64,000 bases of DNA from contig JAMPHZ010000007.1 in the NCBI GenBank assembly GCA_023663145.1, forward strand, positions 23,028 through 87,027, written 5' to 3'. The position numbers and the translations under genes were made by a program. Each line of letters starts with the position of its first letter. Position 1 is the first letter of the stretch. This stretch comes from Odoribacter sp. GTDB lineage: Bacteria > Bacteroidota > Bacteroidia > Bacteroidales > Muribaculaceae. Positions 18,990-30,170 of the stretch are shown one piece after another. The notes beneath the pieces are model-generated. The model was not told where the DNA came from. It saw only the letters and a list, made by a program, of their open reading frames with translations, and ran no database searches.

Positions 18990-20159
18990 TTAATATTGGG
19001 TTTGAGCAACCTCAATCTCGCGACCCATCTGGATCACGTTTGTCAAATTAATATCGTTATCAAATATCATGATGTCGGCATCTTTACCATGGGATAGCGA
19101 ACCTTTGCGGTCGTACACTCCCATGATGCGGGCCGGAGTTTCCGATGCCATGCGGGCAACGTCTTCCATCGGAATCTTGGCCTTGAGTACACAAGTGCGG
19201 ATCAGGCGATCCATTGTGGCAATCGATCCGGCGAGAGCAGATCTGTCGGCGAGTTTGCACACTCCGTCTTCTATTATGACGCGAGGATCGAATGCTGTGG
19301 TGCTGTCGGACGCGGCACATGCGAGTGCGTCAGTTATCAGTGCCACATGGTCTGTGCCTTTCAATTTGTGTATAAGACGCAGGATTACCGGGGGGACATG
19401 AATGCCGTCACATATCATTTCCACATTTATTCCGTCGCGCAGATATACAGCCTCAACAGTGCCGTCGTATCGGTACATGCCTTCTTTGTGTGATGCTGTC
19501 ATAGCGCAGTAGAAGTGTGTTGCAAGATTGAATCCTGCACGGTATCCGCGCTCCACTTCTTCATCGCGGGCGGCGGTGTGTCCTAACGACACCACCACGC
19601 CTTTAGTGCGTAGGTAGCGGGCAAATTGTTCGGAGTTAGGCAGCTCGGGAGCAGCATCCCAACGTTTGATGCATTGGAATTGCTCAATGAGTGGAACGTA
19701 TTCGTTAGGGTCGGGGATGCGTATGTTCTCGCGCAACTGACCACCGGCCATCTTCGGATTGAAATAGGGCCCTTCAAGATGTAACCCTAACACGCCGCTC
19801 ATTGGGTCAAGCATCATTTTCTCGCATGTTACCGCAGCGTCGGCAATCATTTGTGTTGTGGATGACGACAGGGTGGGGAAGATGCTTGTTGTGCCGTGTG
19901 CGCGGTGAGCTTCAATTGCTGTGCGGAATGCATGCTCGGTTGTTTCCATGAAGTCGCATCCGCCACCACCATGTACGTGAATGTCAATACCGCCTGGCAG
20001 CACGTAGCCGCCTTCAGCGTCAATCACTTTGTCGGCTGTTGAGAGCCGGTTGCTGTGATTGAGTACGTCAACGATGACGGTATCTTTTAGCAGCACTGAG
20101 CCGTTTTCGATCCATCCGTTAGGCGTAAGAATTTTGCCGTTTAGGACTTGGGTTCTCAT
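18990..20159 (-). CDS. nagA: N-acetylglucosamine-6-phosphate deacetylase (start 20159 or 20171)
   Basis: PGGIDIHVHGGGG, GLHLEGPY, LGHT, THFY, DGIH, LITDA, LAGS, GKDAD. Confidence 0.88.
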   Translation of the reverse strand: MRTQVLNGKILTPNGWIENGSVLLKDTVIVDVLNHSNRLSTADKVIDAEGGYVLPGGIDIHVHGGGGCDFMETTEHAFRTAIEAHRAHGTTSIFPTLSSSTTQMIADAAVTCEKMMLDPMSGVLGLHLEGPYFNPKMAGGQLRENIRIPDPNEYVPLIEQFQCIKRWDAAPELPNSEQFARYLRTKGVVVSLGHTAARDEEVERGYRAGFNLATHFYCAMTASHKEGMYRYDGTVEAVYLRDGINVEMICDGIHVPPVILRLIHKLKGTDHVALITDALACAASDSTTAFDPRVIIEDGVCKLADRSALAGSIATMDRLIRTCVLKAKIPMEDVARMASETPARIMGVYDRKGSLSHGKDADIMIFDNDINLTNVIQMGREIEVAQTQY

Positions 20160-20282
20160 ATTGAAGGTCATTATTTAAGGTGTTGCAAAGTAAGAAATAA
20201 AAACCCGTTCCGCCAAATTAATTTACATTAAATATGATTCGTTAACATAAGTTTGTAGTTGGTGTGCTCGATATATTAACGA

Positions 20283-20306
20283 CCTGATTACCAGCGGGTA
20301 GTCAGG
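20283..20306 (-). terminator. Hairpin downstream of secA
   Basis: CCTGATTACC/GGTAGTCAGG stem; the U-tract is weak. Confidence 0.45.
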
Positions 20307-20334
20307 CCGTCATGAGGATTATGTGGCTTATCTT

Positions 20335-23300
20335 TTACATTTGGGCGCCATGGCAATTCTTGAACTTTTTACCTGATCCACAGGGACATGGGTCGTTGCG
20401 GCCAACTCGTGGTTGCGCAACGATAGGTGATGTCTTCTGTTGTTCTCCCTGCGGTGCTGAGGCTGCTTGCCGCTGAGCTTCAGCCTGTGATCCGGGTGCT
20501 TCGGCCTTTGACGTGCGGTAATTGTAATTGCGCGGCATCTCGGGGGCAGCCTGTTTGAGTTCAGGCTGGGCCTTGGGCTTGGGCTGTTCGGAAGCTTGTG
20601 ACTGATCGTTGGCGGGAGCGGTGGACTCAGGAGCGGGTTCGCGCACGGGGATGGCAGCTCGCATCAGAGTAGATACCATCTTGGTATTCAAGCGGGAAAG
20701 CATGTCCTGGAATAAGTGGAACGCTTCTACTTTGTAGATTACCAGAGGGTCTTTCTGCTCGTATGATGCATTCTGCACTGATTGTCGCAGTTGGTCAAGT
20801 TCACGCAGGTGTGACATCCACAGTTCGTCAATTGTGACGAGTGATAGGGCTTGCTGCCACTCCTTTATAATTGAGCGCCCTTCGGTGCGGGATGCTGTCT
20901 CAAGGTCAACACGCAGATTGAACACGCGTTTGCCATCGGCTATCGGAACGATTATCTTGCCCCGGTAGTCGCTTGTGGCGAGCAGATTGTTGATTACCGG
21001 TATCGCGATCTCGCGTATCTTGTCATTCTTGCGGTCAAGAGCCGAGAGAGCGGCTTCGTGGAGCTGTTCAACCCGCTCGTTACGGTCAAGTTTTGCGTAT
21101 TCCTCTTCTTTGAACGGTGGCTCTATTGAGTAGGTACGGAAAATCTCGAGTGAAAGGGATGCGTAATCGTTCTCGTATTGGTCAATCATGACTTCTACGG
21201 TGTCATATAGCATGTTGGCGATGTCTATGCCGATTCGTTCGCCTTTTAGCGCGTGTTGGCGACGGGTGTAGATGTAGTTGCGTTGCTTGTTCATCACATC
21301 GTCATATTCCACGAGGCGCTTACGGATGCCGAAGTTGTTTTCTTCAACACGACGCTGAGCTTTTTCAATGGCGTTGTTTACCATTTTGTGCTCGATCATC
21401 TCATCTTCTTTAAGACCGAAGGTGTCAAGCATTTTCATGACGCGGTCAGTGGCAAATAGTCGCATGAGCTGATCTTCGAATGATACGAAGAACACCGATG
21501 AGCCCGGGTCTCCCTGACGGCCTGCGCGGCCGCGGAGCTGACGGTCGACACGGCGTGATTCATGGCGTTCAGTGCCTATGATGGCAAGGCCACCTACAGG
21601 ATTTTTGGATATTTCCATATCCTGTAGTTCTTTCACTTCTTTTGGGAGCTTGATGTCGGTGCCTCGGCCGGCCATGTTTGTGGCGATTGTCACAGCACCG
21701 GGGAGGCCGGCGAGGGCTACGATTTCAGCCTCGCGTTGGTGTAGCTTGGCGTTAAGTACATTGTGCTTGATCTTTCGCATGTTGAGCATTTTGCTCAACA
21801 GTTCCGAGATTTCTACTGAAGTTGTACCCACAAGCACCGGGCGTCCGATTTTGTTGAGTCGTTCGATTTCGGCGATTACGGCCTTGTATTTCTCTTTCTT
21901 TGTCTTGTATACACGGTCGTTCATATCAACGCGAACTACCGGGCGGTTGGTGGGGATCTCTACGATTTCGAGCTTGTACACGTCCCAGAACTCGCCTGCT
22001 TCAGTCACAGCCGTACCGGTCATGCCGGCGAGCTTGTGATACATTCGGAAGTAATTCTGGAGTGTGATGGTAGCGAATGTCTGAGTGGCTGCCTCTACTT
22101 TCACACCTTCCTTGGCCTCTATTGCCTGATGCAGGCCGTCGCTATAACGTCGACCTTCCATTATACGGCCGGTCTGCTCGTCTACGATCTTTATCTTATT
22201 GTCGTCGATTACATATTCTATGTCTTTGTCGAAGAGGGTATAGGCTTTCAGAAGTTGTGTGACGGTGTGCACGCGTTCGGCTTTGACGGCGTAGTCCTGC
22301 ATGGCTTCGTCTTTGCGGGCCTGTCTTTCTTCTTTGTCAGCTACGTGTTCAAGCTCGCTTAAGCGGCTGGCGATGTCGGGGAGCACGAAGAATGTGGGAT
22401 CAGCTATCTTACCGGTGAGCTCGTCAAGGCCTTTATCTGTGAGTTCGACACTGCGGTTTTTCTCGTCGATCACGAAGTAGAGCGGATCGGTTACAATGGG
22501 CATTTCGCGGGCATTGTCCTGCAGATAGTGGGCTTCGGTCTCGAGCAGAATGTTCTTCATGCCGTCTTGGCTCAGAAACTTGATGAGCGGCGGATATTTG
22601 GGGAGTCCCTTGTATGCACGGAACAGGAGCAAGGCGCCTTCTTTTTTTGTGTCCTTGTCTTCAGACGCCAGTTTCTCTTTGGCCTGCACAAGTATTTCGT
22701 TGACCAACTGGCGTTGCGCTTTGACTACTTTTTCTACATTAGATTTGTATTCGTCAAAATATTGTTCCTCTCCCTTGGGAACAGGGCCTGATATAATGAG
22801 CGGGGTACGTGCGTCATCGATGAGCACGGAGTCAACTTCGTCGACTATCGCGTAATAATGTCCGCGTTGCACCATGTCTTCAGGTGCCATGGCCATGTTG
22901 TCGCGCAGATAGTCGAAGCCGAATTCGTTGTTTGTTCCATAAGTGATGTCGCAGTTGTAGGCGTTGCGGCGTGCAGCTGTGTTGGGTTGATGTTTGTCGA
23001 TGCAGTCTATTGTTGAGCCCAGGAACTGATATAGCGGTCCCATCCATTCCGAGTCACGTTTCGCCAGATAGTCATTGACGGTTACCACATGCACGCCGCG
23101 GCCCGTGAGTGAGCGCAGGAATACCGGGAGGGTCGCCACAAGTGTTTTGCCTTCACCGGTAGCCATTTCTGCGATTTTACCTTCGTTGAGCACTTTGCCG
23201 CCTACCATCTGAACATCATAGTGGATCATGTCCCATGTGACTTCGTTGCCGCCGGCGATCCAATGGTTCTTGTATATCGCCTTATCGCCGTCGATGGTCA

Positions 23301-23739
23301 GGAAGTCTTTGCCACGGCCGGCGAGATCGCGGTCAAGATCGGTGGCCGTGACTTCCACTGTCTCGTTTTTCGCAAAACGTCTGGCTGCATCGCGCAGGGC
23401 TGCGAATGTCATGGGCAGGTGTTCGTCAAGTTTGGCTTCGAGGGTATCTTTAATATTTTTCTCAAGATGGTCGATTTCGTCCCATAGCGGTTGGCGTTCG
23501 TCGAGTGGCAGGGTCTCGATTTTTTCTTTAAGCTCGGCTATTTTATCTTCGTCGGGTTTGATTGCTCCACGGATGTCAGCACGGATGCCGGCCACTATGT
23601 CTCGCAGTTCGTCATTTGATTTCTGTTCAAGCTCTGCAGCGAGAGGATTTATGTTTTTTTCGACAAATTCGAGGTAGTGCTTGCGGTCGCGCTGTGCCTT
23701 CGAGCCGAAAATACTTTTAAGGAATGATTCAAGTGACAT
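20335..23739 (-). CDS. secA: Preprotein translocase subunit SecA (likely start 23739, MSLESFLK)
   Basis: [36 protein letters not shown]-terminal [18 protein letters not shown]; TATCTTTG promoter upstream. Confidence 0.97.
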   Translation of the reverse strand: MSLESFLKSIFGSKAQRDRKHYLEFVEKNINPLAAELEQKSNDELRDIVAGIRADIRGAIKPDEDKIAELKEKIETLPLDERQPLWDEIDHLEKNIKDTLEAKLDEHLPMTFAALRDAARRFAKNETVEVTATDLDRDLAGRGKDFLTIDGDKAIYKNHWIAGGNEVTWDMIHYDVQMVGGKVLNEGKIAEMATGEGKTLVATLPVFLRSLTGRGVHVVTVNDYLAKRDSEWMGPLYQFLGSTIDCIDKHQPNTAARRNAYNCDITYGTNNEFGFDYLRDNMAMAPEDMVQRGHYYAIVDEVDSVLIDDARTPLIISGPVPKGEEQYFDEYKSNVEKVVKAQRQLVNEILVQAKEKLASEDKDTKKEGALLLFRAYKGLPKYPPLIKFLSQDGMKNILLETEAHYLQDNAREMPIVTDPLYFVIDEKNRSVELTDKGLDELTGKIADPTFFVLPDIASRLSELEHVADKEERQARKDEAMQDYAVKAERVHTVTQLLKAYTLFDKDIEYVIDDNKIKIVDEQTGRIMEGRRYSDGLHQAIEAKEGVKVEAATQTFATITLQNYFRMYHKLAGMTGTAVTEAGEFWDVYKLEIVEIPTNRPVVRVDMNDRVYKTKKEKYKAVIAEIERLNKIGRPVLVGTTSVEISELLSKMLNMRKIKHNVLNAKLHQREAEIVALAGLPGAVTIATNMAGRGTDIKLPKEVKELQDMEISKNPVGGLAIIGTERHESRRVDRQLRGRAGRQGDPGSSVFFVSFEDQLMRLFATDRVMKMLDTFGLKEDEMIEHKMVNNAIEKAQRRVEENNFGIRKRLVEYDDVMNKQRNYIYTRRQHALKGERIGIDIANMLYDTVEVMIDQYENDYASLSLEIFRTYSIEPPFKEEEYAKLDRNERVEQLHEAALSALDRKNDKIREIAIPVINNLLATSDYRGKIIVPIADGKRVFNLRVDLETASRTEGRSIIKEWQQALSLVTIDELWMSHLRELDQLRQSVQNASYEQKDPLVIYKVEAFHLFQDMLSRLNTKMVSTLMRAAIPVREPAPESTAPANDQSQASEQPKPKAQPELKQAAPEMPRNYNYRTSKAEAPGSQAEAQRQAASAPQGEQQKTSPIVAQPRVGRNDPCPCGSGKKFKNCHGAQM

Positions 23740-23861
23740 ATATATTGTTTTTTTATTTTTTGATGAATGATATCTGCCTGTATATGGCAATGTGCAAAGA
23801 TAGTGAATTTTTTTGAAATTCACTAATTTAACTTAAGGCCGGAAAAAGTGCTGATGTATGG

Positions 23862-25475
23862 TTATCGTAGCACCATTGACGGCAGCGCTGCGCCGTTGGG
23901 CGAGCGTATGCGCAGTAACCTGGCAACGGTCGGAGCCACCGTGCGCACGTCAATAGGTGTGTCAATCAACCGGGCTTCTACGTCCGGGGCAAGTATAATT
24001 ACAGGCGCAGTGGCTGTAGCGACACGTTTCACATAGTGCACGCGGTCCTCGCGTGCGGGGGTTACGATGTCATCAACCACTTCCCATCCGGGGTCCACCT
24101 CAACATAAATGTCACCTGTCGACGATGGATGTGAATTACGGCGCAGGGCATCAAGACGTTCATCGCCACGGCCTGCCAGTATCTCATCAAGTGTATATAC
24201 GCGGTCAACACCGCTCATTTTGGCCAGGAACTGAGCCGCATGGCGCCTTACAGTCTCGGGTTCGAGATTGAACTGGCTAATGAGTTTGTGGTTGAGGAAG
24301 AATTGGCCGTCATAATAGGACGATACCCATTCTCCGTTGCCAAACGACGCCATAAGGTACATGTTGAGTAGCGATTTGGCTTTCTTTGTCGAGAATTCAC
24401 CATAAGGGATGCCCCATGCCGGATCATCGCGTCTTGAGCGGCCGGAAGGAGGCGTGGCGGCTACAAAAAACAATGCATTGCCTGCTCCGACAGTTGATTC
24501 CACTTTTGAGAAGAGATGCTCCAGATCGCGGTCAAGCCGAAGATAGGAATCGATAAGCTCGTAGCGGTTGTCATCACTTATGGTATAGTCATAAGGAAGG
24601 AGTGTGAATGCTATGTTCAGCATGTCAAGGCCTCCCGATCGACCTAATTCTTGTTCGTCTATTATACGGCCTGCAAAGTCGGTGACCTCTGAGTTTACCA
24701 TAGCAGAGGCCTTGAATTTATCAAAGCGACCCTCGGCACCGCGTGCGAATATGTAGCGGAATGGGTAGCGGGTCACATGCTCGGGAATACCGGTATAGGC
24801 TTCAGCTCCTTTGAGTGGAGTCCATTGCACGGTGTCGAGCCGCAGATTCAGAGGAGCCAGACGATTGCGCTGTGCCACAAAGGGCGGGACGTCTTTGTAG
24901 AAAGATGAAGACGCCCAATTGCCGTTCTTGGAATTTATCCAGAGAGCTGCATTTGCGCTGTGACCTGCAAGCAGAATGGCCTGCTGTGCATCAGGGGCTA
25001 TTCCATATACTCGTGTGACACCTCCGCCGGCAATGCGTACCTCATCAGCCAACGTACCGACAACCAGTGCGCGGGGTGAAAGTGTCTCATCAGTGTAGGT
25101 GCCTTTGATCTCGGGATCGAATAGCGCGGGCGTGCTGCGCATGGCATCGCGGTTGTAGGTGGCTGATCCGGTTATGGATGTTACCGATGGCGAGGCACCT
25201 GTCATGAGCATGGCGGTGGCAGCGGTGGCGTCAACATTCGTGCCGTAGTCAACGTTGGCAAATACCACTCCGTCGCGCATTAGCCGGTTAAAGCCTCCGT
25301 TGCCGAAATGGTTACGCAGAAGATCAATATATTGATCGTCGAGTCCGTCAATGACAATGCCTACCACGAGCTGTGGCCGCGACGCTGCTTCCTGTGCCTG
25401 AACGGCCATCACCGTCATTGAGGTGATGAGGGCAACGAGAAGACGTGGCATTGTAAGACGTATCTCTTTTGTCAT
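23862..25475 (-). CDS. Alkaline-phosphatase (PafA/NPP)-fold protein, apparently lacking catalytic residues
   Basis: RPQLVVGIVIDGL, GTLADEVR and YLRLDRDL scaffold motifs; signal peptide; TGATG overlap with the lnb stop at 25473-25477. Confidence 0.75.
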   Translation of the reverse strand: MTKEIRLTMPRLLVALITSMTVMAVQAQEAASRPQLVVGIVIDGLDDQYIDLLRNHFGNGGFNRLMRDGVVFANVDYGTNVDATAATAMLMTGASPSVTSITGSATYNRDAMRSTPALFDPEIKGTYTDETLSPRALVVGTLADEVRIAGGGVTRVYGIAPDAQQAILLAGHSANAALWINSKNGNWASSSFYKDVPPFVAQRNRLAPLNLRLDTVQWTPLKGAEAYTGIPEHVTRYPFRYIFARGAEGRFDKFKASAMVNSEVTDFAGRIIDEQELGRSGGLDMLNIAFTLLPYDYTISDDNRYELIDSYLRLDRDLEHLFSKVESTVGAGNALFFVAATPPSGRSRRDDPAWGIPYGEFSTKKAKSLLNMYLMASFGNGEWVSSYYDGQFFLNHKLISQFNLEPETVRRHAAQFLAKMSGVDRVYTLDEILAGRGDERLDALRRNSHPSSTGDIYVEVDPGWEVVDDIVTPAREDRVHYVKRVATATAPVIILAPDVEARLIDTPIDVRTVAPTVARLLRIRSPNGAALPSMVLR

Positions 25476-26641
25476 CAGTTGGTTGAGTTTAATTTTATAT
25501 AAGTTGCCGCCATAAGCATATCGGCTAACACAAGCGGTAGAAACGCCGGATTGGTTGACTGTGGTACAAAAGGCCACAGGATGCATAACAGCAAAAGTAC
25601 CGCAAAGTTAGCAAATTGATATGAATAAACCAGCTTCTTGAACTTTTTTAACCAAATAAAAGCTGGTACCGTCAGACACAAGGGATTGAGCCATACATAT
25701 AGCCAGTTGGGTGATGTTGCCTCATGCACTGATACGAAAATCAGGAATGTCAGCACAAGACCGGTGATACCTGCCAATGCAAAGTAAAATGCATGGAACC
25801 AACGTGTGACGCGATTATGTCTGATGTCATATATGCATACAATCAGAGTGATGGCAAAGAACAACCAACACACAAAAATCGGTGATAATATAACCGGCGT
25901 TGAATCGCATATTGCATTGTCGGCCGGATAGTCGATCAAAACATGGCTTGATCTAACTATTTTATGACCGCCTGCAATGGCTCCGGCTAATTGTGTGTCA
26001 AGCACAACCGGTGCGAATGATTCCTCCCGGGGTGTAAGCTGATAGTCGATTCCGCTTCCGAGCGCAAGATCTATGCCAAACTGATACCATGGATAATTCT
26101 GGTGATAATGACGCATTATGTTGCGGAATGTGACCGGGTGACAGCTGTCTGCATCGAATTGCGACGGGGGGAGGAGTACAGAGTCTCCAAGGGCAAGCTC
26201 AATGGCTCGTAATGGCCGGGTGGCACAATTGTCCTTAACGTAATTATAGCGGTAGACACGGTTCTGTGGCAACAGGTTTGTATCGAGTATCTCAATCAGA
26301 CGTTCGGTCTGGGTGCTGTCCATGTCTATATCATGGGCTACCATGCGGCGGCCGCTCAGGCGATAGGCGTCTTCAAATACCGGCCATGGAATGGCAGCCA
26401 CCATGTAATCTGTTTCTCCCTTGACGAATCTGTATATGAAATTTGGTGAATTGAAGTCAAATTGGCCGTAGCTGACCGCTATGTCGCGCCCGTCACCGTA
26501 ATTGATGCGTATGGCGGAATGTCCCTCGAGCTCGTAAATGTCCGATCCGGGATAGATATTGATTAACGAGACCTGAGGCATGGCATTGACTGTGACCGCC
26601 ATGGCAATTGTCATGAGAAGCTGAATAAGAACCCTTTTCAT
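25475..26641 (-). CDS. lnb: DUF4105 protein, Bacteroidota lipoprotein N-acyltransferase Lnb
   Basis: GHSAIR, YGQFDF, YRYNYVKDNCAT (His/Cys NlpC/P60-like site) plus C-terminal TM helices. Confidence 0.75.
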   Translation of the reverse strand: MKRVLIQLLMTIAMAVTVNAMPQVSLINIYPGSDIYELEGHSAIRINYGDGRDIAVSYGQFDFNSPNFIYRFVKGETDYMVAAIPWPVFEDAYRLSGRRMVAHDIDMDSTQTERLIEILDTNLLPQNRVYRYNYVKDNCATRPLRAIELALGDSVLLPPSQFDADSCHPVTFRNIMRHYHQNYPWYQFGIDLALGSGIDYQLTPREESFAPVVLDTQLAGAIAGGHKIVRSSHVLIDYPADNAICDSTPVILSPIFVCWLFFAITLIVCIYDIRHNRVTRWFHAFYFALAGITGLVLTFLIFVSVHEATSPNWLYVWLNPLCLTVPAFIWLKKFKKLVYSYQFANFAVLLLLCILWPFVPQSTNPAFLPLVLADMLMAATYIKLNSTN

Positions 26642-27192
26642 TGAATATCAATGAGTTTATGGGTTTGTAATGATAGCCGCCATCTCGGGTGGTCAAGTAT
26701 GTATTCAATAACGTCAGCGGTGTTGAGTCCTGAACATGGTTGCAGAAACATATGTCTCGCCGGCAGCAGCCTGGCAGTCTCTTCCACGTCTTGTCCCTGA
26801 TATACTATTTTAAGCTCATCAATCCGGTCAATGCGCCATGGGGCGTCTTTGGGTGAGCATGTAACCCAATCAACCTCTACCGGAACCGGAAGAGAGCCGT
26901 TTGTCTCAATCTGTACATAAAAGTGTTCGGCCTTGATTGCGCGTAGCAGGTCACTGTCGAGCTGTAGTGTAGGCTCACCTCCGGTAATCACGAGATGTCT
27001 TGCCGGAAATGAGGTTATGGCATTCACGATCTCGTCGGATGTCATTTCACAGCCGTTATTGTGTTGTGTGTCGCAGAAGTCGCAAGAACGGTTGCATCCG
27101 CTGAACCGTAGAAAGACGGCAGGGGTGCCTGTATAATATCCTTCGCCTTGCAGAGAATAGAATATTTCGTTTATTTTATACGTCTTTTTCAT
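26638..27192 (-). CDS. queE: 7-carboxy-7-deazaguanine synthase (radical SAM)
   Basis: EIFYSLQGEG, CNRSCDFCDT, ITGGEP, IETNG, SLQTHK. Confidence 0.92.
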   Translation of the reverse strand: MKKTYKINEIFYSLQGEGYYTGTPAVFLRFSGCNRSCDFCDTQHNNGCEMTSDEIVNAITSFPARHLVITGGEPTLQLDSDLLRAIKAEHFYVQIETNGSLPVPVEVDWVTCSPKDAPWRIDRIDELKIVYQGQDVEETARLLPARHMFLQPCSGLNTADVIEYILDHPRWRLSLQTHKLIDIQ

Positions 27193-27511
27193 ATGAGGCT
27201 ATATTACCTTCACTCTCCTGAACGTCAACCCTATAGCAGTTCTCGACAATGTCGCATATCCAACGTGCTATATTTTCAGCGGTGGGATTGAATGGTAGCA
27301 CGTCGTTTAGGCAGGCATGGTCAAGACGGTCGGTCACAGCTTGTTTTATATGGGTGAAATCGGTGACCATACCATTCCGGTTAAGTTGCGCTGCGCGGCA
27401 ATGCACGGTAACTATCCAATTGTGTCCGTGCAGGTTGGTGCATTTGCTGGAATAATCAAGCTCAAGCCTGTGTGAGGCTGAAATCTCAAGGCGTTTCGTT
27501 ACATAATACAT
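27176..27511 (-). CDS. queD: 6-carboxy-5,6,7,8-tetrahydropterin synthase
   Basis: ASHRL...CTNLHGHNW, DF..IK, LDH, NPTAENIA. Confidence 0.92.
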   Translation of the reverse strand: MYYVTKRLEISASHRLELDYSSKCTNLHGHNWIVTVHCRAAQLNRNGMVTDFTHIKQAVTDRLDHACLNDVLPFNPTAENIARWICDIVENCYRVDVQESEGNIASYEKDV

Positions 27512-27531
27512 GGCGCAAAGGTAACAAAAAA

Positions 27532-28986
27532 TTATGTATTTGTAATAATTTCCGTGTCATCGGAGACAGGCTTGTTTACCACCGGTACTCCTGCCCTGGC
27601 TGCGAGAGTGTAAAGATATTCAAGAGATGCTTCTCGGGTGTCCTCGATCTCACAATCTTTTATAGCCTGCTTGAGGTTTTTGGTGAAGTAACCTACGATT
27701 GGGCTTTGATGTAACCCGAATATATGCATGATTTCGTTTCCGTCGACCGGATTCTTGCGGTTCCGCTCAGCATCTTTGACGCGTATATCGGCAAATTTTT
27801 GCTCCACAAGATCGAAATTCTCAAGGAAGCGTTGTTTTTTAGCCTCGTTTTTGCTTGTTATGTCGGCGCGTGCAAGGATCATCAGGTCGTCAAGATCTTC
27901 CTCGGCATAATTCATAAGCCGACGCACGGCACTGTCGGTGACTTCATCTTCTACGAGTGCTATGGGCCGCATGTGCAACTCCACGAGTTTCTTTACATAG
28001 CGCATCTCCGCACCAAGAGGCAGCTTGAGACGGGCGAAGATACCGGGAATCATTTTTGCCCCTATGAAATTGTGATTGTGGAATGTCCAACCTGAGGCCG
28101 CGTCATACTTTTTGGTTACAGGTTTAGCTATGTCATGGAATAGTGCCCCCCATCTGAGCCATTCCTTATCAGAATGGGCGGCTACTCCGTCAAGTACCTG
28201 CAGGGTGTGGTAGAAATTATCCTTATGGCCTCGGCCGTTAACAACCTCTACTCCGCATAGGGCTTCAAGTTCTGGTAATATAAGCTTCAGCAATCCTGTG
28301 CGGTGCATCAGATCCCAACCAATCGAAGGGCGTGGAGAACGCATGATCTTGCATAACTCGTCTTTTATGCGTTCTGAGGTAATTATTGAGATGCGCGGGG
28401 CATTGCGTGTGATGGCTTCAAGAGTGGCAGGCGCTATAACAAAATCAAGTTGTGTCGCGAAGCGGATGGCACGCATCATTCGCAGAGGATCATCGCTGAA
28501 TGTAATGTCAGGGTCAAGAGGTGTGCGGATACACCGGCGGCTGATGTCGTCAATTCCTCCGAAGAGATCGATAACATCGCCGTATCCCTGTTTGTTTACA
28601 GTTACGGCAAGGGCGTTGATTGTGAAGTCGCGGCGTGCAAGATCTTCGTCAAGGGTGCCGTCTTCAACTATGGGGTTCCGTGAATTGCGGTTATATGATT
28701 CTTTACGGGCGCCCACGAATTCAAGTTCCATGCCTCGGGCACTGACTTGAGCTGTGCCATAGTTCCGGTAGACGGCAAGATGGCTATGCGGGCCGAGTCG
28801 GTTTGCAACAGCTTGCGCGAGGTCTATACCGGAACCTACTGTCACGAAGTCAATGTCTTTGGAGTGACGGCCGATTATTATATCGCGTACGTATCCGCCT
28901 ACGACATAGCATGGTCGTGAGATGGAATCGGCCACGTCGCCGACTATTGCCAAAGCCTTATCGGTAAATTTTTCCTTTAGGTTCAT
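27532..28986 (-). CDS. cca: CCA-adding tRNA nucleotidyltransferase with HD domain (likely start 28986)
   Basis: VGGYVRD, DIDF, DLARRDFTINA, DDPLRMMRAIRF, FHDIAKP; TGATG overlap with the upstream stop. Confidence 0.9.
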   Translation of the reverse strand: MNLKEKFTDKALAIVGDVADSISRPCYVVGGYVRDIIIGRHSKDIDFVTVGSGIDLAQAVANRLGPHSHLAVYRNYGTAQVSARGMELEFVGARKESYNRNSRNPIVEDGTLDEDLARRDFTINALAVTVNKQGYGDVIDLFGGIDDISRRCIRTPLDPDITFSDDPLRMMRAIRFATQLDFVIAPATLEAITRNAPRISIITSERIKDELCKIMRSPRPSIGWDLMHRTGLLKLILPELEALCGVEVVNGRGHKDNFYHTLQVLDGVAAHSDKEWLRWGALFHDIAKPVTKKYDAASGWTFHNHNFIGAKMIPGIFARLKLPLGAEMRYVKKLVELHMRPIALVEDEVTDSAVRRLMNYAEEDLDDLMILARADITSKNEAKKQRFLENFDLVEQKFADIRVKDAERNRKNPVDGNEIMHIFGLHQSPIVGYFTKNLKQAIKDCEIEDTREASLEYLYTLAARAGVPVVNKPVSDDTEIITNT

Positions 28987-30170
28987 CAGTTGAGTGAAAC
29001 AAAGTTTTCCGGAGCAAGAGTGAGACATCGGGCCGGGCCTTCCTCATTGATAATATATGTGTTCTCAATACCGACAGCCCCGATCCCGGGTATCACAAAT
29101 TTAGGTTCGACGGCAATGGCATTGTAAGCCTGAAGTATATCACGTGAGCGGGGGGCGAGTACAGGAGACTCGTTTATTGAAATGCCCAGTCCATGGCCTA
29201 CAAATCCGGCATGATAGCGGTGTCCCATGAAGTAGGATGCCATCCCGGCTTCGGTCGCTATCTCCAAAGCTTTTTTGTATAGATCGCATGCGGATGTGCC
29301 CGGTATTGCCATATCGGCTATGGTTCGGCAAATCTTTTGTGACAGCTTGAGAGCTTCCTCTGCCTTGGCGGGTGCTTTGCCAAGAATGAAGCAACGGGTC
29401 ATATCTGTCATATAACCTGTGAAATTGCCGTTGATGTCAACCATGACGGGCTTACCGGGCTTTATTATTGACCCGTCGGCTCCAACGGGCAGCGAGGGGT
29501 TCATGCCTGCCCCACCCATGGCAAAATCATAGGGCGACGGTCGGTCGGCATTATCACCGGTGAGGATGTTGCCCATGTAGAGCTCAAGATCGGGGCCGGT
29601 GACGCGGAATTGTCCGAGACAACCTTCGAGACGCAGTGCTCTCTCAATCTCTATCTGAAATTCAATATCAGACATGCCTTCCTGATAAAATTGTGGAATG
29701 CGCTCATATACCCGTGTCTGTTTTACTCCGGATTCTTCCATCAGTTTGATTTCAAGCGGAGTCTTGACTGCGCGGGCATATCGCATTACATCAGATGCGC
29801 TGCCTATTGCGGCATATGGGAACAATGATTTAAGACGCTCTACACGGCTGAACGGCATTGTGTCGATCTCGAGTCCTATGCTTGCGGGAACTGTGACATG
29901 ACTTTTAATTTCTTCCGGTTTGGAGATTTTTACGATATTGTCACCGGTAAGTGTTGAAGGACGTTTTACGAAGTATTTGATTTCGCCGTTGATGTCAATA
30001 TATATAAAACCGCAGTATACTCTGCCTGTTATATACAGTATGTCAGCGTTGTCACACAACAGCACAGCGTCAAGATTTAGTTGTGACATTCTGTCGACAA
30101 TGCGGCTTATGCGGAGCTTGAGTTCATCGCTGCTGAGAAGCTGCAACTGCTCTTCAAATCTTATTTCCAT
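28986..30170 (-). CDS. Xaa-Pro aminopeptidase, M24 family (likely start 30170)
   Basis: VDING, TDMTR, GHGLG, EPK, GIENT metal ligands. Confidence 0.88.
   Translation of the reverse strand: MEIRFEEQLQLLSSDELKLRISRIVDRMSQLNLDAVLLCDNADILYITGRVYCGFIYIDINGEIKYFVKRPSTLTGDNIVKISKPEEIKSHVTVPASIGLEIDTMPFSRVERLKSLFPYAAIGSASDVMRYARAVKTPLEIKLMEESGVKQTRVYERIPQFYQEGMSDIEFQIEIERALRLEGCLGQFRVTGPDLELYMGNILTGDNADRPSPYDFAMGGAGMNPSLPVGADGSIIKPGKPVMVDINGNFTGYMTDMTRCFILGKAPAKAEEALKLSQKICRTIADMAIPGTSACDLYKKALEIATEAGMASYFMGHRYHAGFVGHGLGISINESPVLAPRSRDILQAYNAIAVEPKFVIPGIGAVGIENTYIINEEGPARCLTLAPENFVSLN

Noticed and set aside
26638-27511. queD/queE as part of a 7-deazaguanine DNA-modification (dpd) defence system
   Set aside because: They sit among housekeeping genes (cca, lnb, secA) with no dpdA/B/C nearby; ordinary queuosine synthesis is the simpler reading.
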